From a virus, in the IMG/VR virus record IMGVR_UViG_3300031758_000004, positions 32,001 through 96,000 of that record: a stretch of DNA of 64,000 nt. One strand, given 5' to 3'. A model generated the notes under the pieces. It did not search any database, had not been told where the DNA came from, and was given only the letters and a program-made list of their open reading frames with translations. Shown here in pieces: positions 28,459-38,342 of this stretch; positions within the stretch are counted from its first letter, which is position 1; each line of letters starts with the position of its first letter. The position numbers and the translations under genes are program-made.

Positions 28459-29238
28459 ATGGAAAAAGAATGTAGTAAATGTAAAGAAATGAAAGATATA
28501 ACTGATTTTTATAAGAAGAAAAATGGTTATAGAAGTATTTGTAAAAAATGTCATAATGATCAATCAAAATTATATCATGAGATAAATAAAGATGTTATAA
28601 AACAATATAAAAAGGATTGGAGAAATAAAAATATTGATTCAATTTTAGAAAAAGATCAAATACGAAGAAATAATCTCACACAAGAGGATAAATTAAAAAT
28701 ATCCGAGTATAATAAAAAATGGAGAGATGAAAACGAAGATGAACAAAAGTTAAAAAAACAAGAATACTATCAAAACAACAGAGAAGAGTTTTTACTAAAA
28801 TCCAAAAAATATAGAGAGAATAACAAAGATAAAATAAAAGATTATCAATCTAATTATAAAAATATAAAAAATTACAAAAGAAGAGAAAGATTAAAAACTG
28901 ATATTTTATTTTCATTGGAAAAAAGTATAAGAAATTACATATATGAATGCTTTAAAAAAAATGGTTATAAAAAATCATCAAGAACCTATAATATATTAGG
29001 ATGCTCTTTTGAAGAATTAAAATTACATTTAGAGGCAAAATTTGAAGATTGGATGACATGGGAGAATAGAGGATTGTATAATGGTGAATTGAATTATGGT
29101 TGGGATATAGATCATATAATACCATTATCCACAGCAGAAACAGAGGAGGATATAATTAAACTAAATCACTATACAAACCTACAACCCCTATGTAGCTACA
29201 CTAATAGATATATCAAGAGAGACCACTTAGATATTTGA
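28459..29238 (+). mobile_element. Free-standing HNH-type homing endonuclease
   Basis: N-terminal CSKC...CKKC zinc finger, Lys/Glu helical repeats, ILGCS..EL..HLE..F, WDIDHIIPLS...LNHYTNLQPL. Confidence 0.8.
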
Positions 29239-29932
29239 ATATGATAAAACTATCACAAATATCCTCGTATGGTTTCGGAATAGTCGATAAACCTATAATA
29301 TCATCTTTAACTAACTTACAATGTTTAGACCAAAAATCGTTCCAATTACTATTTTCTATTATTGATAAAAAAACATCAGATTTTGTGAATTTTCCACCCG
29401 CTATACCTATATTATTTCTCCATTCTTCTTTTATCGTTTTCTTTTTCTTACCAACCTCTGTTATGATTGGTTTGTAAGTTAATTTACAAGATTCCAACTT
29501 TAAAGACGATGGTGAAAGAACTAAAATATCTTTTGTTATCCTATCAAACAATTTTTTTCTTAAAAGTGTTGAGAATGTAACAAGGTCTATTAAGTCACCA
29601 ACTTGAGCACCAAAGTTATAACCTTCGATACCAACTTTAGTTGGTTTTTTGATGTCTATATTTTCTAAAATATCTTCAATGATTTGATCAGTTATTTTAT
29701 CATAGTCTTTTAATTTTACCAATTCACCTTCTGAATAGTCTTTAAAATCTCTATATTCAACATACTTATAACTAACATATTGTTCAGCTAACTTAAACCA
29801 TTTAGTCATTCCTTTCTTACCCATCACTTTACTTTCTCTACAATAGTTGTAAATTTTGAATGTATTTCCAGAACTTACCACTAGTGCTGTTGATATAAGT
29901 GAGGGGTCTATTGCTACTATATTATACTCCAT
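29213..29932 (-). CDS. RuvC-like Holliday junction resolvase
   Basis: IVAIDPSLISTALVV, VGIEGY and EDICDSF acidic RNase H-fold motifs. Probable start ATG 29932. Confidence 0.7.
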   Translation of the reverse strand: MEYNIVAIDPSLISTALVVSSGNTFKIYNYCRESKVMGKKGMTKWFKLAEQYVSYKYVEYRDFKDYSEGELVKLKDYDKITDQIIEDILENIDIKKPTKVGIEGYNFGAQVGDLIDLVTFSTLLRKKLFDRITKDILVLSPSSLKLESCKLTYKPIITEVGKKKKTIKEEWRNNIGIAGGKFTKSDVFLSIIENSNWNDFWSKHCKLVKDDIIGLSTIPKPYEDICDSFIIFKYLSGLS

Positions 29933-29981
29933 GTGAATATATATCAAAAAATATGTCTTCTATTTTTTAATATATATTACT

Positions 29982-30470
29982 ATGAAATATTTAATGAATT
30001 TTATTATGATGAATGAAAGTATTGAAGGCTATTCTATTGATAAAAGAATGGATAGTGATGATTTTTTAGTTAATTATGAATTTACTGATTTAAATGATAA
30101 TAGATATTTAGTACAATTCAAGAATGATACTGTTGGTCCAAAGTCTAATCCAGTTTTAGGTAAATGTTATGAATTAACATATTATGTTTGGGATGAGGAA
30201 ATCAACAATTGGAATGTTAATAAGTTAGTAAACACAAATCTTTATAAAGTTTTAGTTACGGTATTTGGAACAATACTAAATGACTTTATTAAAAGAAAAC
30301 CTTGGGTCACAAGAATTAGATTTGAGGGACTAGCAAAAGAACAAGAAAGAGAATATGTTACACAAAGAACGAAAGCTTATTTAAGACATTTAAGAAACAA
30401 TCCAGTTCCAAACTTTAGTGTTGAGAATTTTGGAAATAATAGAATAACACTAATAAAAAATAAAATTTAA
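29982..30470 (+). CDS. Hypothetical protein with capsid-targeting-like N-terminus
   Basis: 162 aa, starts MKYLMNFIMMNES. TTAATATATA at 29967-29976. Confidence 0.6.
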   Translation: MKYLMNFIMMNESIEGYSIDKRMDSDDFLVNYEFTDLNDNRYLVQFKNDTVGPKSNPVLGKCYELTYYVWDEEINNWNVNKLVNTNLYKVLVTVFGTILNDFIKRKPWVTRIRFEGLAKEQEREYVTQRTKAYLRHLRNNPVPNFSVENFGNNRITLIKNKI

Positions 30471-30472
30471 AC

Positions 30473-30844
30473 ATGAACCGTCCAGAAGTAAGAATAGTTC
30501 AAAATCAAGAGATTGAAACTAATCAAAATCCTAACATTGATAATTGGGAAGCTGAACAATTATTAAGAAAGTATGGATATAAACCGGAAAATTCCAATAC
30601 TTTTCAACAACCTGAACAAATTGAACAACCTGGGATGACATTTGAGGAAATGATTGCTCAAGAAGAAAATAGAAGAAATCAAGAACGAATGAGAATGGAA
30701 CAACAAATGAGAGGTCCTAAACCAGTTTCATTTGATGGTAGAAATGGTTATTATTCACAAACTTCATATGGTACTGATAGTGATTCTGGATTTTCATTCA
30801 AGATTGAAGTTACTAGTGATATGAATATTCCTAAAAATTACTAA
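30473..30844 (+). CDS. Hypothetical Gln/Glu-rich protein
   Basis: 123-aa ORF. Confidence 0.6.
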   Translation: MNRPEVRIVQNQEIETNQNPNIDNWEAEQLLRKYGYKPENSNTFQQPEQIEQPGMTFEEMIAQEENRRNQERMRMEQQMRGPKPVSFDGRNGYYSQTSYGTDSDSGFSFKIEVTSDMNIPKNY

Positions 30845-31194
30845 TTTAATATCTGACTTAATTTTAATTCTCTTAATAACTGAATTAGTATAGGAGATGT
30901 TCTGAATGGAAAATAGTGATTTGGGACTTCTTCATTTAAAAACTTTTTAAAGTTTAAAATTATTGTAGTTTCTTTATAATCTGATTTTGATAAATCAAAG
31001 TGGTAAATTCCCTTTTTAAAAGACTCTTGTAGATGTGATAACGAACACAAGTCATAAAATCCGTTAATAAATCCAAACCATTTTTTCATAAGATATTCTA
31101 AATCATTATTGAATTCATATTCAGATAACTCATTTTCATTTAGTATTTTTAATACCAAATAGTTTTTATCACTTAATGTTATTTTATTATCCAT
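30841..31194 (-). CDS. Hypothetical protein with C-terminal RxxKL tag
   Basis: 117 aa, ends LLRELKLSQILN. Confidence 0.55.
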   Translation of the reverse strand: MDNKITLSDKNYLVLKILNENELSEYEFNNDLEYLMKKWFGFINGFYDLCSLSHLQESFKKGIYHFDLSKSDYKETTIILNFKKFLNEEVPNHYFPFRTSPILIQLLRELKLSQILN

Positions 31195-31958
31195 TCTCTA
31201 CTATTATATAATTCATTTGGTATGGCAACAAAATCTAAACACAGACCAGATACGGTTTGAAAAGATATGCCTTCATTAAATCTTTTAGTAAAATAACCAT
31301 AATCATTTAATAAATTAACTACACTATTTTCATCCTCACCGTAATTTTGTAATTGATCTTCTTCGATTTCTATATAAATTATAGGACGATTTTTCATTAT
31401 AGTTTCTTTAGCACCCAATAAAACTCTTTTTTCATAACCTTGTACATCTATCTTAATTATAGATATATTTTCTATATTATAAGAATCTAATTTATGTAGT
31501 TGAACTAATTCATAATTTTCTTCAACACCAACATGAATATTTCCGAAATTAACAGGACCTTTATCAAAGTAATTGGGTTTTTCTATACTTATAAAACCCT
31601 CATTATCACCTAATGCTACATTAAAACAATGTACATTATCTAATCCATTGAAAAAAACATTTCCGCATAATTGATAGTAAATAATTCTTTGTGGTTCAAA
31701 TGAAAAGACTTTTCCATTATCACCAACTAAATTTGCAAATTCCACAGTTATTTGTCCATTATTTGCACCAATATCAACTACATTTGATCCAGATATATCT
31801 AAGTTGTTATCAACCAAAAATTGATATATCCAAGGTTCGTATAAGGTATTATTAAGAAGAGTTGATGTTACTGCATTATCATTCGGAAATAATAAATACC
31901 TTTTTTCTAAATTATCTCTTTTATTTGATATTGCTTCTATTCTAAATGTTGATTTCAT
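31179..31958 (-). CDS. FkbM-family SAM-dependent methyltransferase
   Basis: VVDIGANNGQ, FSFEPQ, IKIDVQGYE, RPIIYIEI. Probable start ATG 31958. Confidence 0.9.
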   Translation of the reverse strand: MKSTFRIEAISNKRDNLEKRYLLFPNDNAVTSTLLNNTLYEPWIYQFLVDNNLDISGSNVVDIGANNGQITVEFANLVGDNGKVFSFEPQRIIYYQLCGNVFFNGLDNVHCFNVALGDNEGFISIEKPNYFDKGPVNFGNIHVGVEENYELVQLHKLDSYNIENISIIKIDVQGYEKRVLLGAKETIMKNRPIIYIEIEEDQLQNYGEDENSVVNLLNDYGYFTKRFNEGISFQTVSGLCLDFVAIPNELYNSREWIIK

Positions 31959-32043
31959 TTGAATTTTATTCAAATAAGTAGGTTTGTTTTAAAAAAGGAT
32001 AATTTAAAAATAATATATATAGTAAATAAAATAAATTGTCTAA

Positions 32044-34413
32044 ATGAGTCAAATAATTTTCAATACCACGGTAGATATGCAAAACATTTTAGGAACTCCT
32101 TCGAGTGGTTTTGCTGTCGCATATGATCTAGATAACGTAATAAAACAAAAAGACTCTAGTGGTGTCATAACACCAATTGGTGGAGGAGGTGGTTCACAAT
32201 CACTAAAACAGACTTTGTCTATTGGTAATGACTCAGGTACATATTCAATTAATTTAGGTACGACAAGTTATATTAAAACATCAGTCGGAAATGGTAGACT
32301 TTATTTAAGTTATGGTAATACTTATAGTACATACATAATGAATGGTGATTTATCAACATCTACATCTTCTGTTAATTTAACACCAGATTTTATATCTATA
32401 AATAAAAGCACTACAAATCAATTTACCAAATTAGATCTATTTTCGAGTACATCATCTATAAATGTTGGAAGTTTAACCTACTCAACTACAATAAGAAATA
32501 ATAAAAATACCATTTCTTTATTGGTTAATCAATTAGGATTAGGTCCTGGTTTCGTTGAACCTATCAAAATAGGTAATATTTCGGATGGTAGTGATGGTTT
32601 GGTTAAATCATATCTACACTTGAATACAAATGGATCTACTACAAGTAATGGAGTTTATAATACGGTTATTATTGGTGGAGAGAACATATTAGCAACACAG
32701 TCTAATTTTGTTTATTTAGGTAATAATGTTAATATAAACAATGCTTATACCTTACCTAATACAGATGGTACCATTGATCAAGTTATGAGAACTGATGGAG
32801 TTGGAAATTTATACTGGTCTGACTCATCAGGATCAACGCCTGGTTTGTATCAAGTTTTAGCTGCTAGTGCTTACTCTGGTACTTACTCAATTTTTATGGG
32901 TACATCACAGTCTATAAAAAGTGAAAATGGAGATTCAGCAATATATTTAGATTATGATGGTATTTCTAATAATTTATATTTAACAAATAATATATCGGTA
33001 ACACAATCATATATACAGTTATCTGAAGATGTTTTATATATTGGAGCTACAAATGGTTTAGTTACTATAACTAATGGATTAGGACTTCAATATACCGATG
33101 ATTATACAGGAACATTTGTTACACACTCCTTGGTTACTAAAGGATATGTTGATAGTTTGAGTAACGGTTCTTACGAAAACTTTAAAACCGCTTATGTTGA
33201 CTCACAATATGGTGTTAACTCAACTGCTAAATTAAATAGAATTGATTTACCTTATTTAACATTCGCATCAGCATCCCAAGCTATAACAGATACTTATCCA
33301 TCAGGTGGTTTAATTTATATTAAGAAGGGACTTTACACAGAGGCTTGTGAACTATTGGATAATACTGATTATTATTGTGAACCAGGAGTTGTATTCTCTC
33401 AAAATGGTTTTAACGATGGTGGTGGTGATGTGAATTGTAATATCTATGGATATTCACAATTCAACGGCACTGATGCTACTTTAGTTGCTTTGGATGTTCA
33501 GAATAACTCAAATATTAATTTTGAATTTGACTCAATTAACAATTTACAAGTTGGTTTTAAAATTAATTCATCAACTGGAAATATTAATGTAAAAGGTAGA
33601 TATATTAAGTCACAAACTGACTATGGTAGTGTTATTTCAGTTGAAGGTGGTGGTAAATTTCATTTTGATATTAGAGATGGTATAATAGGAGCTTATGATG
33701 TTGTTTATATAAAATCTGGATTTACTGGTACTTTCTCAGTTACATCACCAAATATAGTATGTGATTCTTCTTTAAACGCATCTGGTGCGGTTGCTGACTA
33801 TGGACATGCACTTAATGTACATGAGTCAACATCTGGATATGTTATTGTAAATTCTAATTTATTAAATTCATCAACTTATATAGGTGGTAATAATTCAGCT
33901 GCTAAAATAGGGTCGGGTTATGTTACAATAAATGGTAATTTAAATGGTAATGATGAAATTGGGCTTTATTTAACCAATGGTCAAACCGGTGATGTTACCG
34001 TTAATGGTGATATTAATAGTAATAGAGAGGCTATTAAACATTTAGGAGACTTAATAAAACTAAAAGTAAATAATTCATTGATTAAATCAATGGGATTAGG
34101 TACGAGTACTTACTCTATTCATATAAATAGTGGTAGTCAATCAAGTACTTATTTATATAACACTACAATTTATAATGGATTAACTAATTCAAGTCTTATT
34201 TATATACAAGGAACAAATTCACAATTTGGATCTTACAATTCACTTGCTTATAGTGTTGGTACATCATCCGGATATTTTATTTACGGAACACCTTCATTTA
34301 ATGTTGGTATACATAATACTAGAAGTAATAAGGACAATTTTGAAGCTGTGAATGATATATTCTCACCTAGTGGGTTTATTTATGATACAAATTTATATTT
34401 ACCTATATTTTAA
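32044..34413 (+). CDS. Putative tail fibre/spike protein with C-terminal parallel beta-helix
   Basis: LKQTLSIGN and LYQVLAASA fibre motifs. AYVD...G.N....PYLT...A....IYIKKGLY is a typical beta-helix cap. Confidence 0.65.
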   Translation: MSQIIFNTTVDMQNILGTPSSGFAVAYDLDNVIKQKDSSGVITPIGGGGGSQSLKQTLSIGNDSGTYSINLGTTSYIKTSVGNGRLYLSYGNTYSTYIMNGDLSTSTSSVNLTPDFISINKSTTNQFTKLDLFSSTSSINVGSLTYSTTIRNNKNTISLLVNQLGLGPGFVEPIKIGNISDGSDGLVKSYLHLNTNGSTTSNGVYNTVIIGGENILATQSNFVYLGNNVNINNAYTLPNTDGTIDQVMRTDGVGNLYWSDSSGSTPGLYQVLAASAYSGTYSIFMGTSQSIKSENGDSAIYLDYDGISNNLYLTNNISVTQSYIQLSEDVLYIGATNGLVTITNGLGLQYTDDYTGTFVTHSLVTKGYVDSLSNGSYENFKTAYVDSQYGVNSTAKLNRIDLPYLTFASASQAITDTYPSGGLIYIKKGLYTEACELLDNTDYYCEPGVVFSQNGFNDGGGDVNCNIYGYSQFNGTDATLVALDVQNNSNINFEFDSINNLQVGFKINSSTGNINVKGRYIKSQTDYGSVISVEGGGKFHFDIRDGIIGAYDVVYIKSGFTGTFSVTSPNIVCDSSLNASGAVADYGHALNVHESTSGYVIVNSNLLNSSTYIGGNNSAAKIGSGYVTINGNLNGNDEIGLYLTNGQTGDVTVNGDINSNREAIKHLGDLIKLKVNNSLIKSMGLGTSTYSIHINSGSQSSTYLYNTTIYNGLTNSSLIYIQGTNSQFGSYNSLAYSVGTSSGYFIYGTPSFNVGIHNTRSNKDNFEAVNDIFSPSGFIYDTNLYLPIF

Positions 34414-34430
34414 AAAGATTTTAATATGAG

Positions 34431-37400
34431 ATGCAAGAATCAAGATACGGAAGAACAAATATAACAGATGAATATTTAAGGTATCCATTTAATGGACCAT
34501 TAAACTACAACTATAATTATAGTGGGACTTTTTCTAAATATTCAATAATTGATAAATATTATGTAGATTCACTAGTTAAAAATACTAAAAGATTGATAAG
34601 TGGTGGGGCTGAGTGGTCATCTGGTATGACTTTTAGTTTAACTGATATATGGTATTCTTTTTCTGGTGAAATACTATCATACTCTGCTAGTTATCCCGGA
34701 TTAACAATTAGTAATGGTGATTCATCATATCCTAGAATTGACTCAATAGTAATTACAGAGGATAGAACAATTAGAGTTAAAAGAGGTGTTCCCTCAGCAA
34801 CTCCAGTTAAAACCCCTCTAAATGAAGATGAGATTTTAATACAATACGCTTATATACCAGCATCTGCTACAACTATTGGAAGTAAAGTTCCTGTTTATTT
34901 AACAGATGCTCAATGGCAATCAAGCTCTTATTTAGTTTCTGGTACTTATTCTGGTACAGTAAGTTTTACGAGTACTGATAATCCTTTCGATGGTGGTGGT
35001 GACTTTTGTGTCGATGTTACATCTGATTATAGAACAGGTGTTAGGTTTACAAAAGCAATTGGAACTATACCACTTTCAACATACGGTTCTTTGAGTTTAA
35101 GAGTTAGATTTTCTGAAAGAGTACCTGGTAATAGATCATTAGTTGCTCAAATACAAGGTACATCTTCTCAATTTACTGGAACTGCATCTAGTAGTGTTAT
35201 TAACTTAATGTCATACGGTGTTGATAGAGATGTTATTAATCAATGGCAACATATTGTTGTTCCTATGTCTAAGTTTGGTTCGGTAATTACCAATGCTAAA
35301 AATATATCATTTAGATTAATTGGTGGTTCACCAAATTCAAATCATAATTGGAAATTAGACAATATTTACTTTCAAAGTGGAGCGCCTTATGATGAATATA
35401 TGGGAGAACCTGATCCTTCTTCAACTGGTGGTTCATTTTCTTATATAGTTCAACAAAGTAATGAATGGTTAAAATCTGTTTTTGGTAGAACAAATAGTGT
35501 GCCGAGTGGTCCAACTGCTGGTGATAGATATTTAATTATACCAACTGCTAATGATATATTTACCGGAATGGAAGATCAAATTGCCGAATTTGATGGATTA
35601 GCAGCAACTTGGTCTTTTACTATACCAACTAATGGAACATCAATAAGAGTTGATAATGAAGACAACTCTATTTATAGATATGAAGGTGATTATAATACTG
35701 GTTCTTGGATTAAAGAATTATTAGCTCAAATAAGATATTTAGATGCTACTACATCAAATGCTGGTTTAAGCTATTCAGCAACATCTACACCTTTATTTGA
35801 CGCATATAACAAAGAAATGATTTATCTTATTTCTTTTGGTGCAACTAATTCAATTGGAACGGCTTCTTTATCAGTTAACAATTTAGAACACGTTACACTT
35901 AAAAAAATTGCTGCTACTTCTGGTGTTGTAAATCTTGAGCCTAACGATTTAAAAGTTGGTGGTGTTTATAGTGTTAGTTATGATGGTACTTATTTCCAAG
36001 TTAATTTAGGTGGTGGTGGTGTAGGTAGTTTTATCGAAAATCCAGGTGATTATAGAATTTTAACAGCTACTGGTACATCTAATAATCAAGCAATAGCAAA
36101 CTCAAACTTAACTTTTGATGGTACTACATTGGGTATAACTGGGTCTAATATATCTGGTAATTTAATATATGCTTCAGCATCATCAACTGACACACTAATT
36201 AATATAACTCAAAATGGATCAGGTGATTCATTAATAGTTAATTCAAATAACTCAACATTTGTAATTGATTCAAATGGAAATGTTGGTGTTGGTACTCAAT
36301 CAACAAATAACAAATTAGAAATATTTGGAACCGTTTCGACTTTTGGATTTCAATTAAAAAACGGTGGTACTGAAGGATACTTCTTAGTATCAGATTCTAA
36401 TGGAATTGGTACATGGACGGCATCTTTCCCAGGAGCTACGGGAGCTACCGGGTCATCCGGAACATCTGGAACATCAGGTACAAGTGGTGAACAAGGTACA
36501 TCAGGTACAAGTGGTGGTGGATCTGCTGGTACATCAGGTACTTCAGCCTTAGGATCATCTGGAACATCAGGTACAACTGGTGCTCCCGGAGAGACTTTAA
36601 GTCCTCAAGGTGTCGAGGCTTCATATTCGTCATTAACTCAAAGTGTTGGTACTGTAAATACAATACCAACACCTGGATTTCTAGATACTTACATTGTACA
36701 AGATACTGCTAGTTTATGGATTTATGATCCAACTTCAACAGCGGCTAACTCAGAAGGTTGGGTTGATATGGGTTCAATTCAAGGTCCAGCTGGTTTAGAT
36801 GGATCTGCTGGAACTTCAGGTACAAGTGGTAGTCAGGGTACATCTGGAACATCAGGTTCTAATGGAACATCTGGAACATCCGGAACTCAAGGTACATCCG
36901 GTACAAGTGGTGAGAATGGAACAAGTGGAACTTCTGGTTTACATGGATCTACTGGTACATCTGGAACTCAAGGAACATCTGGAACTCAAGGAACATCTGG
37001 AACTCAAGGAACAAGTGGGACTCAAGGAACATCCGGAACATCTGGTTTAAACGGATCTGCTGGAACACAAGGAACATCTGGAACAAAAGGAACAAGTGGA
37101 ACAAGAGGTTCATCAGGAACAAGTGGATCATCTGGGTCACAAGGTAATTCAGCTGGTATTCAATATAACTATGCTACTAGCACCACAAACTCAAATCCAG
37201 GCGTAACCAATTTGAGACTTTTGAGTAACTCACTACCAACAGTTGGAACTATATTAATAAGTATTATTGATTTAAATTCAATAGATGAGTCTGCTTGGTT
37301 ATCTTCTATGACAACTGGTTATTTAACTATTAGAGGTAACTCAAATGATTCTACAAATTCAGCGGTTTTTTATATATCAAATGTTTCTTTACAGACTAGT

Positions 37401-38261
37401 TCACCATTTAACTACTACTCATTGACAGTTGATACTACATATACATCTGGTAATTGGAATTTCGCCTCAACTGATATTGTTGTTTTAAACTTTTCTAAAA
37501 CTGGTGATGGTACATCAGGAACAAGTGGTTCTGCTGGAACAAGTGGCTTAAGTGGCTCAGCTGGGACAAATGGTACTTCTGGATCATCTGGAAATCAAGG
37601 AACATCTGGTACAAGTGGTGGTGGATCTGCTGGTACACGTGGAACATCCGGTACAAGTGGTGGTGGATCTGCTGGTACACGTGGAACATCCGGTACAAGT
37701 GGTGGTGGATCTGCTGGTACACGTGGAACATCCGGTACAAGTGGTGGTGGATCTGCTGGTACAAGTGGTTTATTATTATTGACTGGATCTACCGATAATG
37801 GTATTATTACATTAAATGGTACTCAACCAAATGCTACAGTAGAACAGTATTTAAAATATGACGGAACTACATTCACGGTTGGTAATGCAAGTGGTAATTT
37901 TTTCCAAGCTGGTAATGATACAATTATAATAGGTCTAACACCATCTTTATATGCTACTAAAGGAACTGTTATAGGAGTTGGTACTACAAATATCTTTTCT
38001 GTCGCAACAGCATCATATACTAGTATGTTTTATGAATATTATATTAAAAATGGAACTAATTTAAGAGCGGGTAATATAGTAGCGGTTTGGACAGGAAGTA
38101 GTATTCAATTCACCGAAACATCAACTATGGATATAGGTAATACCACAACTGGTGTAAATGCTTTTACATTCTCAGCTGTATTATCAACACCAAATGCAGT
38201 TTTACAAGGAATTTCATCATTGACAAATTGGGAAATTAGAACAATAATTAGAGCAATTTAA
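34431..38261 (+). CDS. Long tail fibre-like protein with Gly-Thr-Ser collagen-like repeats
   Basis: 1276 aa. DUF2793-like PSGPTAGDRYLI...QIAEF segment, a CBM-like segment ending WKLDNIYF, and three GTS-repeat tracts. Confidence 0.75.
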   Translation: MQESRYGRTNITDEYLRYPFNGPLNYNYNYSGTFSKYSIIDKYYVDSLVKNTKRLISGGAEWSSGMTFSLTDIWYSFSGEILSYSASYPGLTISNGDSSYPRIDSIVITEDRTIRVKRGVPSATPVKTPLNEDEILIQYAYIPASATTIGSKVPVYLTDAQWQSSSYLVSGTYSGTVSFTSTDNPFDGGGDFCVDVTSDYRTGVRFTKAIGTIPLSTYGSLSLRVRFSERVPGNRSLVAQIQGTSSQFTGTASSSVINLMSYGVDRDVINQWQHIVVPMSKFGSVITNAKNISFRLIGGSPNSNHNWKLDNIYFQSGAPYDEYMGEPDPSSTGGSFSYIVQQSNEWLKSVFGRTNSVPSGPTAGDRYLIIPTANDIFTGMEDQIAEFDGLAATWSFTIPTNGTSIRVDNEDNSIYRYEGDYNTGSWIKELLAQIRYLDATTSNAGLSYSATSTPLFDAYNKEMIYLISFGATNSIGTASLSVNNLEHVTLKKIAATSGVVNLEPNDLKVGGVYSVSYDGTYFQVNLGGGGVGSFIENPGDYRILTATGTSNNQAIANSNLTFDGTTLGITGSNISGNLIYASASSTDTLINITQNGSGDSLIVNSNNSTFVIDSNGNVGVGTQSTNNKLEIFGTVSTFGFQLKNGGTEGYFLVSDSNGIGTWTASFPGATGATGSSGTSGTSGTSGEQGTSGTSGGGSAGTSGTSALGSSGTSGTTGAPGETLSPQGVEASYSSLTQSVGTVNTIPTPGFLDTYIVQDTASLWIYDPTSTAANSEGWVDMGSIQGPAGLDGSAGTSGTSGSQGTSGTSGSNGTSGTSGTQGTSGTSGENGTSGTSGLHGSTGTSGTQGTSGTQGTSGTQGTSGTQGTSGTSGLNGSAGTQGTSGTKGTSGTRGSSGTSGSSGSQGNSAGIQYNYATSTTNSNPGVTNLRLLSNSLPTVGTILISIIDLNSIDESAWLSSMTTGYLTIRGNSNDSTNSAVFYISNVSLQTSSPFNYYSLTVDTTYTSGNWNFASTDIVVLNFSKTGDGTSGTSGSAGTSGLSGSAGTNGTSGSSGNQGTSGTSGGGSAGTRGTSGTSGGGSAGTRGTSGTSGGGSAGTRGTSGTSGGGSAGTSGLLLLTGSTDNGIITLNGTQPNATVEQYLKYDGTTFTVGNASGNFFQAGNDTIIIGLTPSLYATKGTVIGVGTTNIFSVATASYTSMFYEYYIKNGTNLRAGNIVAVWTGSSIQFTETSTMDIGNTTTGVNAFTFSAVLSTPNAVLQGISSLTNWEIRTIIRAI
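36958..37035 (+). repeat. 18-bp tandem repeat (GTSGTQ)
   Basis: GGAACATCTGGAACTCAA-like unit, about four copies. Confidence 0.8.
37608..37763 (+). repeat. Perfect 42-bp tandem repeat, 3.7 copies (GTSGGGSAGTRGTS)
   Basis: Unit GGTACAAGTGGTGGTGGATCTGCTGGTACACGTGGAACATCC starts at 37608, 37650, 37692 and (partial) 37734. Confidence 0.95.
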
Positions 38262-38342
38262 ACATTTTGGAATAAAAGAAGTTTATGAATTTAATATATA
38301 CTTTAACTTATTTTGGAAAGTGAAAAAATTGAGTTATTGTAA